DNA from: Pecten maximus
Taxonomy: Eukaryota
Length of the DNA: 64,000 bases
Reading direction: 5' to 3'
Assembly (NCBI RefSeq): GCF_902652985.1
Contig: NC_047022.1
Coordinates: forward strand, 42,780,001-42,844,000
Below, in pieces: positions 49,375 through 61,833 of this stretch. The position numbers were made by a program, and so were the translations under genes. Each line of letters opens with the position of its first letter. Position 1 is the stretch's first letter. The notes under the pieces were generated by a model. The model saw nothing but the letters and a program-made list of their open reading frames with translations, did not search any database and was not told the origin of the DNA.

Positions 49375-49700
49375 TACACGAGAAATAAACTCGCATATAT
49401 ACGAGAAAGAAACTCGTATATACGAGAAATAATCCCGTATATACGAGAAAAAATCTCGTATATACGAGAAATAAACTCGTATATACGAGAAATAATCTCG
49501 TATATACGAGAAATAATCTCGTTATTACGAGAAATAAACTCGTATATACGAGAAATAATCTCGTTATTACGAGAAATAATCTCGTATATACGAGAAATAA
49601 ACTCGTATATACGAGAAAGAAACTCGTATATACGAGAAATAATCTCGTTATTACGAGAAATAAACTCGTATATACGAGAAAGAAACTCGTATATACGAGA
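49375..49700. repeat. ~21-bp tandem array (TATACGAGAAATAAACTCGTA) within a non-autonomous element ending CTTCCGTA at 49768
   Basis: About 15 copies, each containing the palindrome CTCGTATATACGAG or a variant. Confidence 0.92.
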
Positions 49701-51084
49701 TTTTTTATTTATTTTTTAATGATACCAACTAAGTTTATTTTTTTCATTGGTCCTATTCGGCTTCCGTACATATGGAATGTACCAAAGTGGATAATAAGAA
49801 GAAGATCTGATTTCGATATTTTCGTGCTTATTTTTACAAGTTTAAGGTCAGAAGTCAAATAAAAAACTTAGTCTTTCTGTAGAGATTCTTCATTTTCCGA
49901 TACTTTTCAAAAAGTCTTTCATAGTATGATGCAGTATGTAATTTTGATGATTTTGATGTCTTTGGGTTTTGGTAACATTTGTCGTTAACGCGGTACGCTA
50001 TCTTCAATATTTCCTTTGATATTTTTGGTATGCCGACAACTCACATTTTAAGTTTCTTTTCAAATTCCACCACGCATGTAGGTTAATGTTGCATATATAA
50101 TTAAAAAGAACTAAAATCGTTATGTTTTTAAATAAATACATTATTTAACAATTTCCCCGTCAGTTCTGTTTGTTTCCTTGACCGAATTATAATGTTAGGT
50201 GTCCAACGTCCTTATCGGGATGTTTTCGTCGGTCCTCGTGCTGTCGCGTGGTCACCTGACCGGCACGGACTATATTAACACTTGGTCGGTAAATATGGCA
50301 GAGCACCCAACTCACGTATTTTGCCGTACAAACAAACGTGATACACTTGCTCATCGTACAAAGAAACTGAGAAAAAGTTCTGTACAGTCTTCTATGTATT
50401 CACGTACAGTTGCATAACGGCGTTATAAACTGGTATTTATTGACGAATTGCCGATTAATTGACCTCTTTTTTAATAATTTTGACGATGTTGGTTATTTTC
50501 GTAAGAAAGTACATCACTTTTCGTTGTTTCCGTACAATGACCTTCACGATCTTGTCTGTTTCGTAAGTATTAAGTTTGGGTAATAGAGTGCTCTAGGACA
50601 CTTTATAGAGCAAGTGTTAATATTCACGCTTCAATATTGGAACTTGATAGACGAATGCAATGGATCGTAATTAATTTAATTGAATATTTACAGATGATTT
50701 CCAAAGACATAATGTATAGTTAAAAGTTTTCGGTTGTACAAACAAGTTTGTAGATTCGACACTGTGGCAAAACCAACGTCCTCGTCGTTGCCATGACAGC
50801 TGATCTAAGCCCCACGATCACGAATGCACTGACAAAGTGAAAGTTGAAGTCTTTTGTGCAACATGCCGTTCCTCCTTAAAACTACATTCACAACTCAAAT
50901 TGATTGAGGTTTTTTTACCATACCTAATCAATTGAAATAAAAGAAAACTAACAAAAACACTAAAAAACACAGAATGAAGTTTTCGTGTCAGGCAGTGCAG
51001 ACACAACGCAGGATCTGTAAACAATGTGACGTCATCTGAATGTACAAGTTGCAACAATGTACAACAATCTATATTTTACATAAA

Positions 51085-52320
51085 TACACTAATGAGCAAC
51101 GAAATGGGACGCAACCATAACCCACATGCGCAGTGGGATTCAGCAAACTAAACTTTTTACATCTTCAGCAAATGATTTGACAAAATGACTATGAGATGGT
51201 ACTGACTATGTCTTGTTATCATGGGTTCGGTCCAAAATCCAATATGGCCGCCATGGTGTCATATATTAAAAAAGTTTTAAATGGACCTAACTCTAAAAGT
51301 GTCCGTTATACAGGGGTTATGTGATAATATTATTTGTAGAGAAAGTCTGGGGCAACTTTTTTTTCACTAACACTTGATAGTAAGAGATACATTTTTACAT
51401 TTTTAAAAAGTTCACTATGTGGTTAAAGGTCACCAAGTTTTTAACTTTCATTAGTGAACAATACGCGTCTCTAATATGCCAAATGAAAGCGATGAGGTGC
51501 ATGTGCAATCAGCAACTTAATTCGTCGCTGTCGTCGCCTTTGAGTTAGTGGCGGACAGATATAGGGACGGCGAGGCATTAAATGAAAACCCCACGATTGA
51601 TTCTTAACTGTTCTTGAACACAATGGCCGACCGAAGTGCAAATAATTTGATTGTGCTGTCTCCGGCTTCGTATATAATCAGTCACTGAGGTGCGAAAGAC
51701 GTATGCCTCTATCTTGACTTGTCGACGTAATGTGCGGGCGTCCGATCCTGGGACAGTCACCCAATCTCTCCGTCGTTCTAAGACGCCCAACTAAATGGGT
51801 TGTCTCATATACCTGGGTAAAATGCGAATGGCCCTGCATTGTCAGAGCAATAGCTCCACCTCTATCGACTTCGCTGTGCAAAAGCTTCGAAAAGAATTAT
51901 TATGTCTCTGATTTATACTGTTAATAATGTAGGATTTGTCCTGATTTACTAGTACATATTGTGCAAGAGTACACCAGATGAAAGATTTCTTGAAAAATCA
52001 GCTGAAAGAATTCATCGTCGAGCGGGGTTACGGTCGACTGAATTTTGACTGACGAAAAATGAATACATTTCTATATTTCATGGATAACGTTTACACAAAT
52101 GACCGATTCAATTGGAATGGGTATATCAGTATATGAAAGGATTCAACAGGTATATCTTGACATAAAACATTTGAAGGAAACCTTTTAAGTTACACCTTTT
52201 GGCTTTAATTACAAAATGTATAATCAGTTTGCATAAACAGTCAACTATTGACAATAATTACCTTTGCATAGGACTTTTTTTGAAATGATACTCGTCGTGA
52301 TTTTTCTTTTTTCCTCGAAC
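51085..52320 (-). pseudogene. Tc1-like transposon remnant (N-terminal HTH region at ~51580-51880)
   Basis: DRGGAIAL..RLRTTERLGDCPRIGRPHITSTSQDRGIRLSHL resembles the Tc1 DRPRSGRPRVTT..QDR motif; TA|CACTAATGAGCAA terminus at ~51085. Confidence 0.75.
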
Positions 52321-55300
52321 AACCTTTTGTTCTATTGTTATAAAATGTGCCGACAAGAACTAAAACTTAATCCATTCGTTCAGGAACTAAACTGTCTTCC
52401 TCCATTTAAATCAATTAGCTCATTTGATTCTTCTGAACTCGAAAAATATCATTTGTATGTCTTAGATCTTTTCAACCTTTGTCATGACAAAACAATAATA
52501 TCTAACTAAACATCTACTCATGTCAAAGCTAAAAAATCAAAACAGTTATATGTAAAGTAATCTACTCATGTCAAAGCTAAAAATTCAAAACAGTTATATG
52601 TAAACTGATCTACTCATGTCAGAGAAACTAAATTTGAGGTATCAAAACAAATATTTTTACCGATTGATACTGAAGAATTTGGATTGGAAAAAGAAAAAGA
52701 AATATTTATTCACGAATTCACAGTCTCGTGTATTACAAACCGTTTCGCAGTTTGTCGAAAAATATTTATAATTTATCGATTTGTACGGCAGCCCGATTTC
52801 AGTCAGTTCATCTCGTAACCGATGATTGGGCTACTACTGTTGGGAAAATGTTTTATATGTGTCATGTAAATATTGTCAGAGTCTGAATATTTGTATAATT
52901 TACAGGTGTAAACAATGACAATTCACTACACACTACACGTATGGAGACGTACTCTAGAATGAATTAGGGTTGCGGAATTCCACAATTACTCTCAATCATT
53001 TTGCTTTGTTTAGTGCCAAATGATAAGTCTAATAACTCCCTTGAGGTCGCTTAAGCCACATTGTAATTTCAAAAAACCATTGTACATTTTTGTAATAGGT
53101 TGTCATTATGGACTTCTTGTTAAGACAATTTCAATGCTTTAAAATATTACGTTCTTTTAAGCAATAATACCCTTCAATTAAGTAAGTAATATTTTTAAAG
53201 CACGTGTATATCTCTTTCGGTCGCCATTTTGTCCTATATTTCAATGATAAGATATTTATATCCTCCGTTCTACACTGGGGATTAATCCGAAATTAGCCAA
53301 CACATGTATCATTGTTGCCACATGAAAATTTGACAAGTAGTCCCTTCCTAAAGGGAGAGTATAGAATTCTTATTTAAAAACGTACGTTTATTATCAAGAA
53401 GTCATAGGTTCAATTACCAACATTAATGAAATCAAAAGGACTTACGAAATTTATATCAATTTTTTTTTTTTCAACTTCCGTTTTTTTCCAAGACATAATA
53501 TTGGGAGGCTGCCAAAGTTGGAGCGTTGGATTCAGCCTCCCTTAGACAAAACATGTCCTCACGCAGGCGAGCTCTCACTCAACATTAACAATACATCTAC
53601 TTTCATAGAAGTCCCCCCTAAAGGGAGAGTATAGAATTCTTATTTAAAAACGTACGTGTATTATGAAGAAGTCATAGGTTCAATTACCAACATTAATGAA
53701 ATCAAAAATTCAAAATATTCGCTCTGTTTATGTTTATTATCGAATTACCGTGCTAGCAACTTCCAGAAGTTGAGCTGAATTCAAAGGAATCTGATTATAT
53801 GTTATAAGTTGTTACCTATATACACGTTTTCAGGATATATAAAACACTGGCCTATTTACTTATTTCCCGGACCACAACTGTAGCATAACTAAACTTTTTA
53901 CATCTATTCGAGTCGGAGATGATAAAACGAACCAGTAATTTCCTCATCCTTTTAGGGACCAATCAACCAATTGTTTTTCCATAGACTTTAGTGTTAACGT
54001 TTTTGGGTATTTCATTCAAATTCTTTAATTCAAAATGACAATCATGGTTTATAACAAAAGTTTAGGGTCTCATATAACGCCTAATAAAAAAAAAAAAAAA
54101 CCCAAAAAAACAAAAAACAAAAAAAACGTTGGGTCCTTCAGCTTAAATTTTCTCCATGGTAGCTATTTTGAAAATTGGTGAATACACAGCGGCTGTTTCA
54201 AGGATCAATGTTATATGTGCGTGATTTACACTACACTAATAGAGCCGTACTATAGAATATATTTGGGTCATGTTATTCAACACGATAATCTCAAACAATT
54301 GTTGCTTCTGCTTTGCTTCATGCTAATTGAAGAAAACATTGAAATATATCATACCATAATGTTTGGAGAGTCATTTAAAATAATGAGTCTAATAATCCCT
54401 TTGTTTGCAATTTTGCAGAGTGTACCAATATATAAGGAACAAAATCTCTTTGACGATACAGAAAACAATAATCATCTAGGTTAACATGTAATACATATCG
54501 TTTTCTCAGGTTGTCTTTGATCAATAATATCCCACAATTACGTTCATATATCCCATAATCATCAGCACAATTTCTCACGCAACTTTTTTCGTGGAATATC
54601 GAAACCTGTTTATTTTCACTTTTAGTGTGAGTCAACTGGTAAAGGTCAGTGCGATAAGTCATTGTAATTTCGATTGAAGTAATGAATTGGTTCTTGAGAT
54701 ATTAAAGTACCACCGAAAAACATTTTATTTTATGTTTTGATCATAAAATCAATAAGAAAATAATTTCTTGACCCGAGATTATTGCTTTTTGAGGAAATAT
54801 GTTTTGAAGGTATAGATCTTTTGTCACCATCTGGGCACACAATAAACTGCTAGGAGATGGCATCGCAAAACCAAGTCAACACTCCTGCGTTCGTACTTTA
54901 AGATTAGATAAGGGCTTTCTTGGCATTGCAGTTCTGGGTTAAATAATTATGAGTCAGGGGATAAAATCCTTTAACGTACATAATAATGTATACTTACAGG
55001 GCTCATTCAAAACATTTTCGTTTTACGGCCTCAATAATCCTGCAATAACTGAGCATGTTAGGTCTCACAATTACAGTTCTTCTGCTGTTTCTTTCAGAAC
55101 ATTTAGGTCGGTCTTTGAATTCAAACCAGGTCAAATTGGTGTGAAAGGCGAAATACGGCTACACATGGCAGCTGTTTCAGCATCAAAAAGAGACATTGCT
55201 ATAGGAAGAAGGATGGTCGTTACACTATTTTAGAGAAACCTCTTTGTTCACAAGAGTTTGAAATCTAAAATAAGTTTTACCCGATATATCACCATTTAAC

Positions 55301-55580
55301 TGGCATCTGAACAAAAGATCAAGCGTTTGAATTGAGGAATCAGTCTGAGACCCCTTCATAGGATGATACATTGGTTTTAAAATTGTCTGAGCTGCCGAAA
55401 GGGTGCGGCGGCAAAGGTGTATCAAATTCTTAGACCATTCTATGGATGATGAATTGGTGTATTGCTTTCTTATATCCCTACAGGGGGATAAGACATGGAT
55501 ATTATACATTTCAAGTTCCCTACAGTGGACAAGACTTGGGTTTAATACTTTCTGAGTTACCTACATATTGTACCACTTTC

Positions 55581-56123
55581 GTGCCCTGCAGGTAGGGCGT
55601 AAGAAATGTACCTGCTGCCCCCATTGCATGATCGTAAGAGGCGACTAAATTTGGGATCTTATCTTTTCTCTTCCTTCTTAACAACTTTCTTCTTTCTAAT
55701 GTCTCCCTTGACAATGCCTCACTTTTGTCCTTTAGTTGAGCGTTCGCCGCTGTGAGGAAGGTTTTGAGTTCTGTCCCCTAGCCGAGACATACCAGAGTCT
55801 TTAAAAATGGTAGTTGCTACTACTGCTTAGAGCTCAGCATATTTGGAGTGGGACGACTGGTTGGCCCGTTGTCAGTATAATGTGACCGGGTGGGGTGTGC
55901 TGCTGGATGTCTTCAGCAGTATGCTTAAGTGAGATAGCACTTTAAATCGGCAAAAGTTCCGGCCTATCACAAGGAGACTTAACACGAACATACAGCAGTC
56001 TCCCCAAACACACATACGCATTCACCACACGCATACATGTCGCACGCACGGGAGGCCGTCCTTAAATGACCTTAACTGTTAATAGGACGTTAAACAAAAT
56101 AAACCAAACCAAACCAAAACAAA
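55581..56123 (+). mobile_element. SINE (Meta/Deu-domain bivalve type) with a ~150-nt 5' extension; present in unit 1 only
   Basis: 11-bp TSD GTACCACTTTC (55570-55580, 56124-56134); degenerate A/B boxes at ~55733 and ~55766; (AAACC)n tail; absent from unit 2 at ~62015. Confidence 0.85.
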
Positions 56124-57657
56124 GTACCACTTTCTGAGTTTCCTACAGAGGATCAGAACTGTGTGCTGTACATTCTGATTACGCAAGTATCCCACATGGG
56201 ATAGGGCATGGCTCTGCTAGATTCTTAGTAACCTTCAGTAGTGCGACATGGCTGTTCTACTTTATGAGTTCTCTAATAGAGATAAGGGATGGTTGTACTA
56301 CTTTATGAGTTTCATATGGAATGTACCAAAGTGGATAATAAGAAGAAGATCTGATTTCGATATTTTCGTGCTTATTTTTACAAGTTTAAGGTCAGAGGTC
56401 AAATAAAAAACATAGGCTATCTGTAGAGATTCTTCATTTTCCGATACTTTTCAAAAAGTCTTTCATAGTATGATGCAGTATGTCATTTTGATGATTTTGA
56501 TGTCTTTGGGTTTTTGGTAACATTTGTCGTTAACGCGGTACGCTATTTTGAATATTTCTTTTGATATTTTTGGTATGCCGACAACTCACATTTTAAGTTT
56601 ATTTTCAAATTCCACCACGCATGTAGGTTAATGTAGCATATATAATTAAAAAGAACTAAAATCGTTATGTTTTTAAATAAATACATTATTTAACAATTTC
56701 CCCGTCAGTTCTGTTTGTTTCCTTGACCGAATTATAATGTTAGGTGTCCAACGTCCTTATCGGGATGTTTTCGTCGGTCCTCGTGTTGTCGCGTGGTCAC
56801 GTGACCGGCATGAAGGACTATATTAACATTTGATCGGTAGATATGGCAGAGCAGCCAACTCACGTATTTTGCCGTACAAACAAACGTGATAAAATTGTTC
56901 ATCGTACTAAGAAACCGAGGAAAAGTGCGGTACATTCTTCTATGTATTCACGTACATTTACATAACGGCGTTATAAACTGGTATTAATTGACGAATTGCC
57001 GATTATATCTCCTCTTTTTTTTTTATAATTTTGACGATGTTTGTCATTTTCGTAAGAATGTACAGCACTTTTCGTTGTTCTCGTACAATTACCTTCACGC
57101 TCTTGTCTGTTTCATAATTATTAAGTTTGGGTAGTAGGGTGCTCTAGGACGATTTATAGAGCAAGTGTTAATGTTTACGTTTCAATATTGAAACTTTTCA
57201 ATGTTTTAAGTATCGAAATCGGCATATAGAAACGAACAAACGTTGATAGATGAATGCAATGAATCGTAATTAATTCAATTGATTAATGTATAGTAAGAAG
57301 TTTTCGGTTGTACAAACATGCTTGTAGATTCGACACTGTGGCAAAACCACCGTCCTCGTCGTTGCCATGGCAGCTGATCTAAGCCTCACGATCACGAATG
57401 CACTGATCAAGTGAAAGTTGAAGTCTTTTGCGCAACATGCCGTTTTTCCTTAAAACTACATTCACACCTCAAATTGATGGAGGTTGTTTTACCATACCTG
57501 ATCAATTGAAATAAAAGAAAACTAACAAAAACACTAAAAAAACAGAATGAAGCTTTCGTGTCAGGCAGTGCAGACACAACGCAGGATATGTAAACAATGT
57601 GACGTCATTGGAATGTACAAGTTGCAACAATGTACAACAATCTATATTTTATATGAA

Positions 57658-58870
57658 TACACTAATGAGCAACGAAATGGGACGCAACAATAACCCACAT
57701 GCGCAGTGAGATTCAGCAAATGATTTGACAAAATGACTATGAGATGGTACTGACTATGTCTTGTTATCATGGGTTCGGTCCGAAATCCAATATGGCCGCC
57801 ATGGTGTCAGATAATGAAAAGTTTCAAATGGACCTAACTCAAAAAGTGTTCATTATACAGGGGTTATGTGATCATATTATTTGTAGAGAATGTCTGGGGC
57901 AACTTTTTTTCCCTAACACTTTCAGGTAAGAGATACATTTTTTAAAAGTTCACTATGGGGTTAAAGGTCACCAAATTTTTAACTTTCATTAGTGAACAAT
58001 ACGCGTCTCTAATTGGCCAAATGAAACCGAGTAGGTGCATGTGCAATCAGCAACTTCATTTATTGTTGTCGTCGCCTCTGAGTTAGTTGTGGACAGATAT
58101 AGAAAGATCGAGGGCATTTAATGAAAATCCCGCGACCGATTCCTAACTGTTCTTGGTCACAATGGCCTACCATAAGTGCCAATAATTTGATTGTGCTGTC
58201 TCCGGCTCCGTATATAATCAGTCACTGAGGTGCGAAAGACGTTTGCCTCTATCTTGACGTGACGACGTAATGTGCGGGCGTCCGATCCTGGGACAGTCAC
58301 CCAATCTCTCCGTCGCTCTAGGCATCCAAATAAATGGGTTGTCTCATTTACCGGGGTAAAATGCGAATGGCCCTGCATTGCCAGAGCAATAGCCCTACTT
58401 CTATCGACTCCACTAAATCGCAGCATTTCGCTGTGCAAAAGCTTCTGAAAGAAATATTATGTCTGATTTGTACAGTTAAAATATTGGAGTTTTCATGATT
58501 TACTAGTACATATTGTGCAAGAGTACACCAGATGAAAGATTTCTTGAAAAATCGGCTGAAAGGATTCATCGCCGAGCGGGGCCACGGTCGACATAATTTT
58601 GACTGACGAAAAATGAATACATTTCTATATTTCATGGATAACGTTTACACAAATGACCGATTCAATTGGAATGGGTATATCATTATATGAAAGGATTCAA
58701 ATGGTATATCTTGACATAAAATATTTAAAGGAAACCTTATAAGCTACACCTTTTGGCTTTAGTTACAAAATGTACAATCAGTTTGCATAAACAGTCAACT
58801 ATTGACAATAATTACCTTTGCATAGGACTTTTTTTTAAATGATACTCGTCGTGATTTTTCTTTTTACCTC
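57658..58870 (-). pseudogene. Tc1-like remnant, copy in unit 2
   Basis: Paralog of 51085-52320. Confidence 0.72.
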
Positions 58871-61648
58871 GAACAACCTTTTGTTCTATTGTTATAAAAT
58901 GTGCCGACAAGAACTAAAACTTAATCCATTTGTTCAGGAACTAAACTGTCTTCCTCCATTTAAATCAATTAGCTCATTCCATTCTCCTACAAGAAAAATA
59001 TCATTTGCATGTCTTTTGATCTTCTTAACCTTTGGCATGACAAAACAATAATATCTTAACTAAACATCTACTCATGTCAAAACTAAAAAATCAAAACAGT
59101 TATATGTAAACTATTCTACTCATGTCAGAGATAAAAAAAACTATATCGAAATCATTTCAGAACAAAATTCGAGGTATCAAAACAAATATATTTACCGATT
59201 GATCCTGGAGAATTAGGATTGGATGGAGAATAAGAAATATTTATTCACGAATTCACAGTCTCGTGTATTGCAAACCGTTTCACAGTTTGTCGAAAGATAT
59301 TTATAATTTATCGATTTGTCCGGCAGCCCGATTTCAGTCAGTTCATATCGTAACCGATGATTGGGCTACTACTGTTGGGAAAATGTTTTATATGTGTCAT
59401 GTAAATATTGTCAGAGTCTGAATATTTGTATAATTTACAGGTGTAAACAATGACAATTCACTACACACTATACGTATGGAAACGTACTCTAGAATTAATT
59501 AGGGTTGCGGAATTCCACAATTACTCTCAATCATTTTGCTTTGTTTAGTGCCAAATGATAAGTCTAATAACTCCCTTGAGGTCGCTTAAGCCAGATTGTA
59601 ATTTCAAAAAACCATTGTACATTTTTGTAATAGGTTGTCATTATGGAATTCTTGTTAAGACAATTTCAATGCTTTAAAACATTACGTTCCTTTGGGCAAT
59701 AATACCCTTCAATTAAGTAAGTAATATTTTTAAAGCACGTGTATATCTCTTTCGGTCGCCATTTTGTCCTATATTTCAATGATAAGATATTTACATCCTC
59801 CGTTCTTCACTGGGGATTAATCCGAAATTAGCTAACACATGTATCACTGTTGTCACATGAAAATTTGACAAGTAGTCCTTTCCTAAAGGGAGAGTATAGA
59901 ATTCTTATTTAAAAACTTAAGTGTATTATCAAGAAGTCATAGGTTCAATTACCAACATTAATGAAATCAAAAGGACTAATGAAATTTATATCAATTTTTT
60001 TTTCAACTTCCGTTTTTTTCCCAGACATAATATTGGGAGGCTGCCAAGGTTGGAGCGTTGGATTCAGCCTCCCTTAGACAAAACATGTCCTCACGCAGGC
60101 GAGCTCTCACTCAACATTAACAATACATCTACTTTCATAGAAGTCCCCCCCTAAAGGGAGAGTATATAATTCTTATTTAAAAACGTACGTGTATTATCAA
60201 GAAGTCATAGGTTCAATTACCAACATTAATGAAATCAAAACTTCAAAATATTCGCTCTGTTTATGTTTATTATCGAATTACCGTGCTAGCAACGTCCAGA
60301 GGTTGAGCTGAATTCAAAGGAATCTGAATATATGTTATAAGTTGTTACCTATATACACGTTTTCAGGATAAATAAAACACTGGCCTATTTTTGTGTGTGC
60401 ATCTGTCCGTATAAGTACTTATTTCCCGAACCTCAACTGTAGCATAACTAAACATTTTACGTATATTCGAGTCGGAGATGATTAAACGAACCAGTAATTT
60501 CCTCATCCTTTTAGGGACCCATCAACCAATTGTTTCCCCATAGACTTTAGTGTTAACGTTTTTTGGGTATTTCATTCAAATTCTTTAATTAATATTACAA
60601 TCATGGTTTATAACAAAAGTTTAGGGTCTCATATAACACCTAGTAAAAAACAAAAATAAAAAAACAACAAAAAAACGTTGGGTCGACCCTTCAGCTTTAA
60701 TTTTCTCCATGGTAGCAATTTTGAAAATTGGTGAATACACAGGGGCTGTTTCAAGGATCAATGTTATATGTGCGTGTTTTACACTACACTAATAGAGCCG
60801 TACTATATAATGTATTTGGGTCATGGTATTCAACACGATAATCTCAAACAATTGTTGCTTCTGCTTTGCCTCATGCTAATTGAAGAAAACATTGAAATAT
60901 ATCATACCATAATGTTTGAAGAGTCATTTAAAATAATGAGTCTAATAATCCCTTTGTTTGCAATTGTGCAGAGTGTAACAATATATAAGGAACAAAATCT
61001 CTTTGACGATACAGAAAACAATAATCATCTAGGTTAACATGTAATACATATCGTTTTCTCAGGTTGTCTTTGATCAATAATATCCCACACGTTCATGTAT
61101 CCAATAATCATCAGCACAATTTTTCACGCGACTTTTTTCGTGGAATATCGAAACCTGTTTATTTTCACTTTTAGCCTGAGTCAACTGGTAAGGGTCAGTG
61201 CAATAAGTCATTGTCATTTCGATTGAAGTAATTAATTGGTTCTTGAGATTTCAAAGTACCACCGAAAGATATTTTGTTGTATGTTTTGAACATACAATCA
61301 ATAAGAAAATACATTTCTTGACCCGAGATTAATATTTTTGAGGAAATATATTTTGAATGTATATATCTTTTGTCACCATCTGGGCACGCAATAAACTGCT
61401 AGGAGATGACATCGCAAAAGCATGTCAACACTCCTGCGTTCGTACTTTATGATTAGATAAGGGCATTTCTTGTCATTGCAGTTTTAAGTTAAATAATTAT
61501 GAGTCAGGGGATAAAATCCTTTAATCGTACATAATAATGTATACTTACAGGGCTCGTTCAAAACATTTTCGTTTTACGGCCTTAATAATCCTGCAATAAC
61601 TGAGCATGTTAGGTCTCACAATTACAGTTCTTCTGCTGTTTCTTTCAG

Positions 61649-61833
61649 AAACATTTAGGTCGGTCGTTGAATTCAAACCAGGTCCAATTGGTGTGAAAGG
61701 CGAAATACGGCTACAAACGACAGCTGTTTCAGCATCAAAAAGAGACATTGCTATAGAGAAAATATTTGTTGAGAAGGATGGTCGTTACACTATTTTTGAG
61801 AAACCTCTTTGTTCACAAGAGTTCGAAATCTAA
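61649..61833 (+). pseudogene. Putative terminal coding exon of an unidentified decayed gene in the macro-repeat (frameshifted copy at ~55097-55270)
   Basis: Pyrimidine-rich acceptor TTCTGCTGTTTCTTTCAG followed by an open, protein-like frame TFRSVVEFKPGPIGVKGEIRLQ..EKPLCSQEFEI*. Confidence 0.35.

Noticed and set aside
54215-61037. 89-aa ORF open in two repeat units
   Set aside because: Retention is explained by recent duplication; differences are largely amino-acid-changing and no domain is recognisable.
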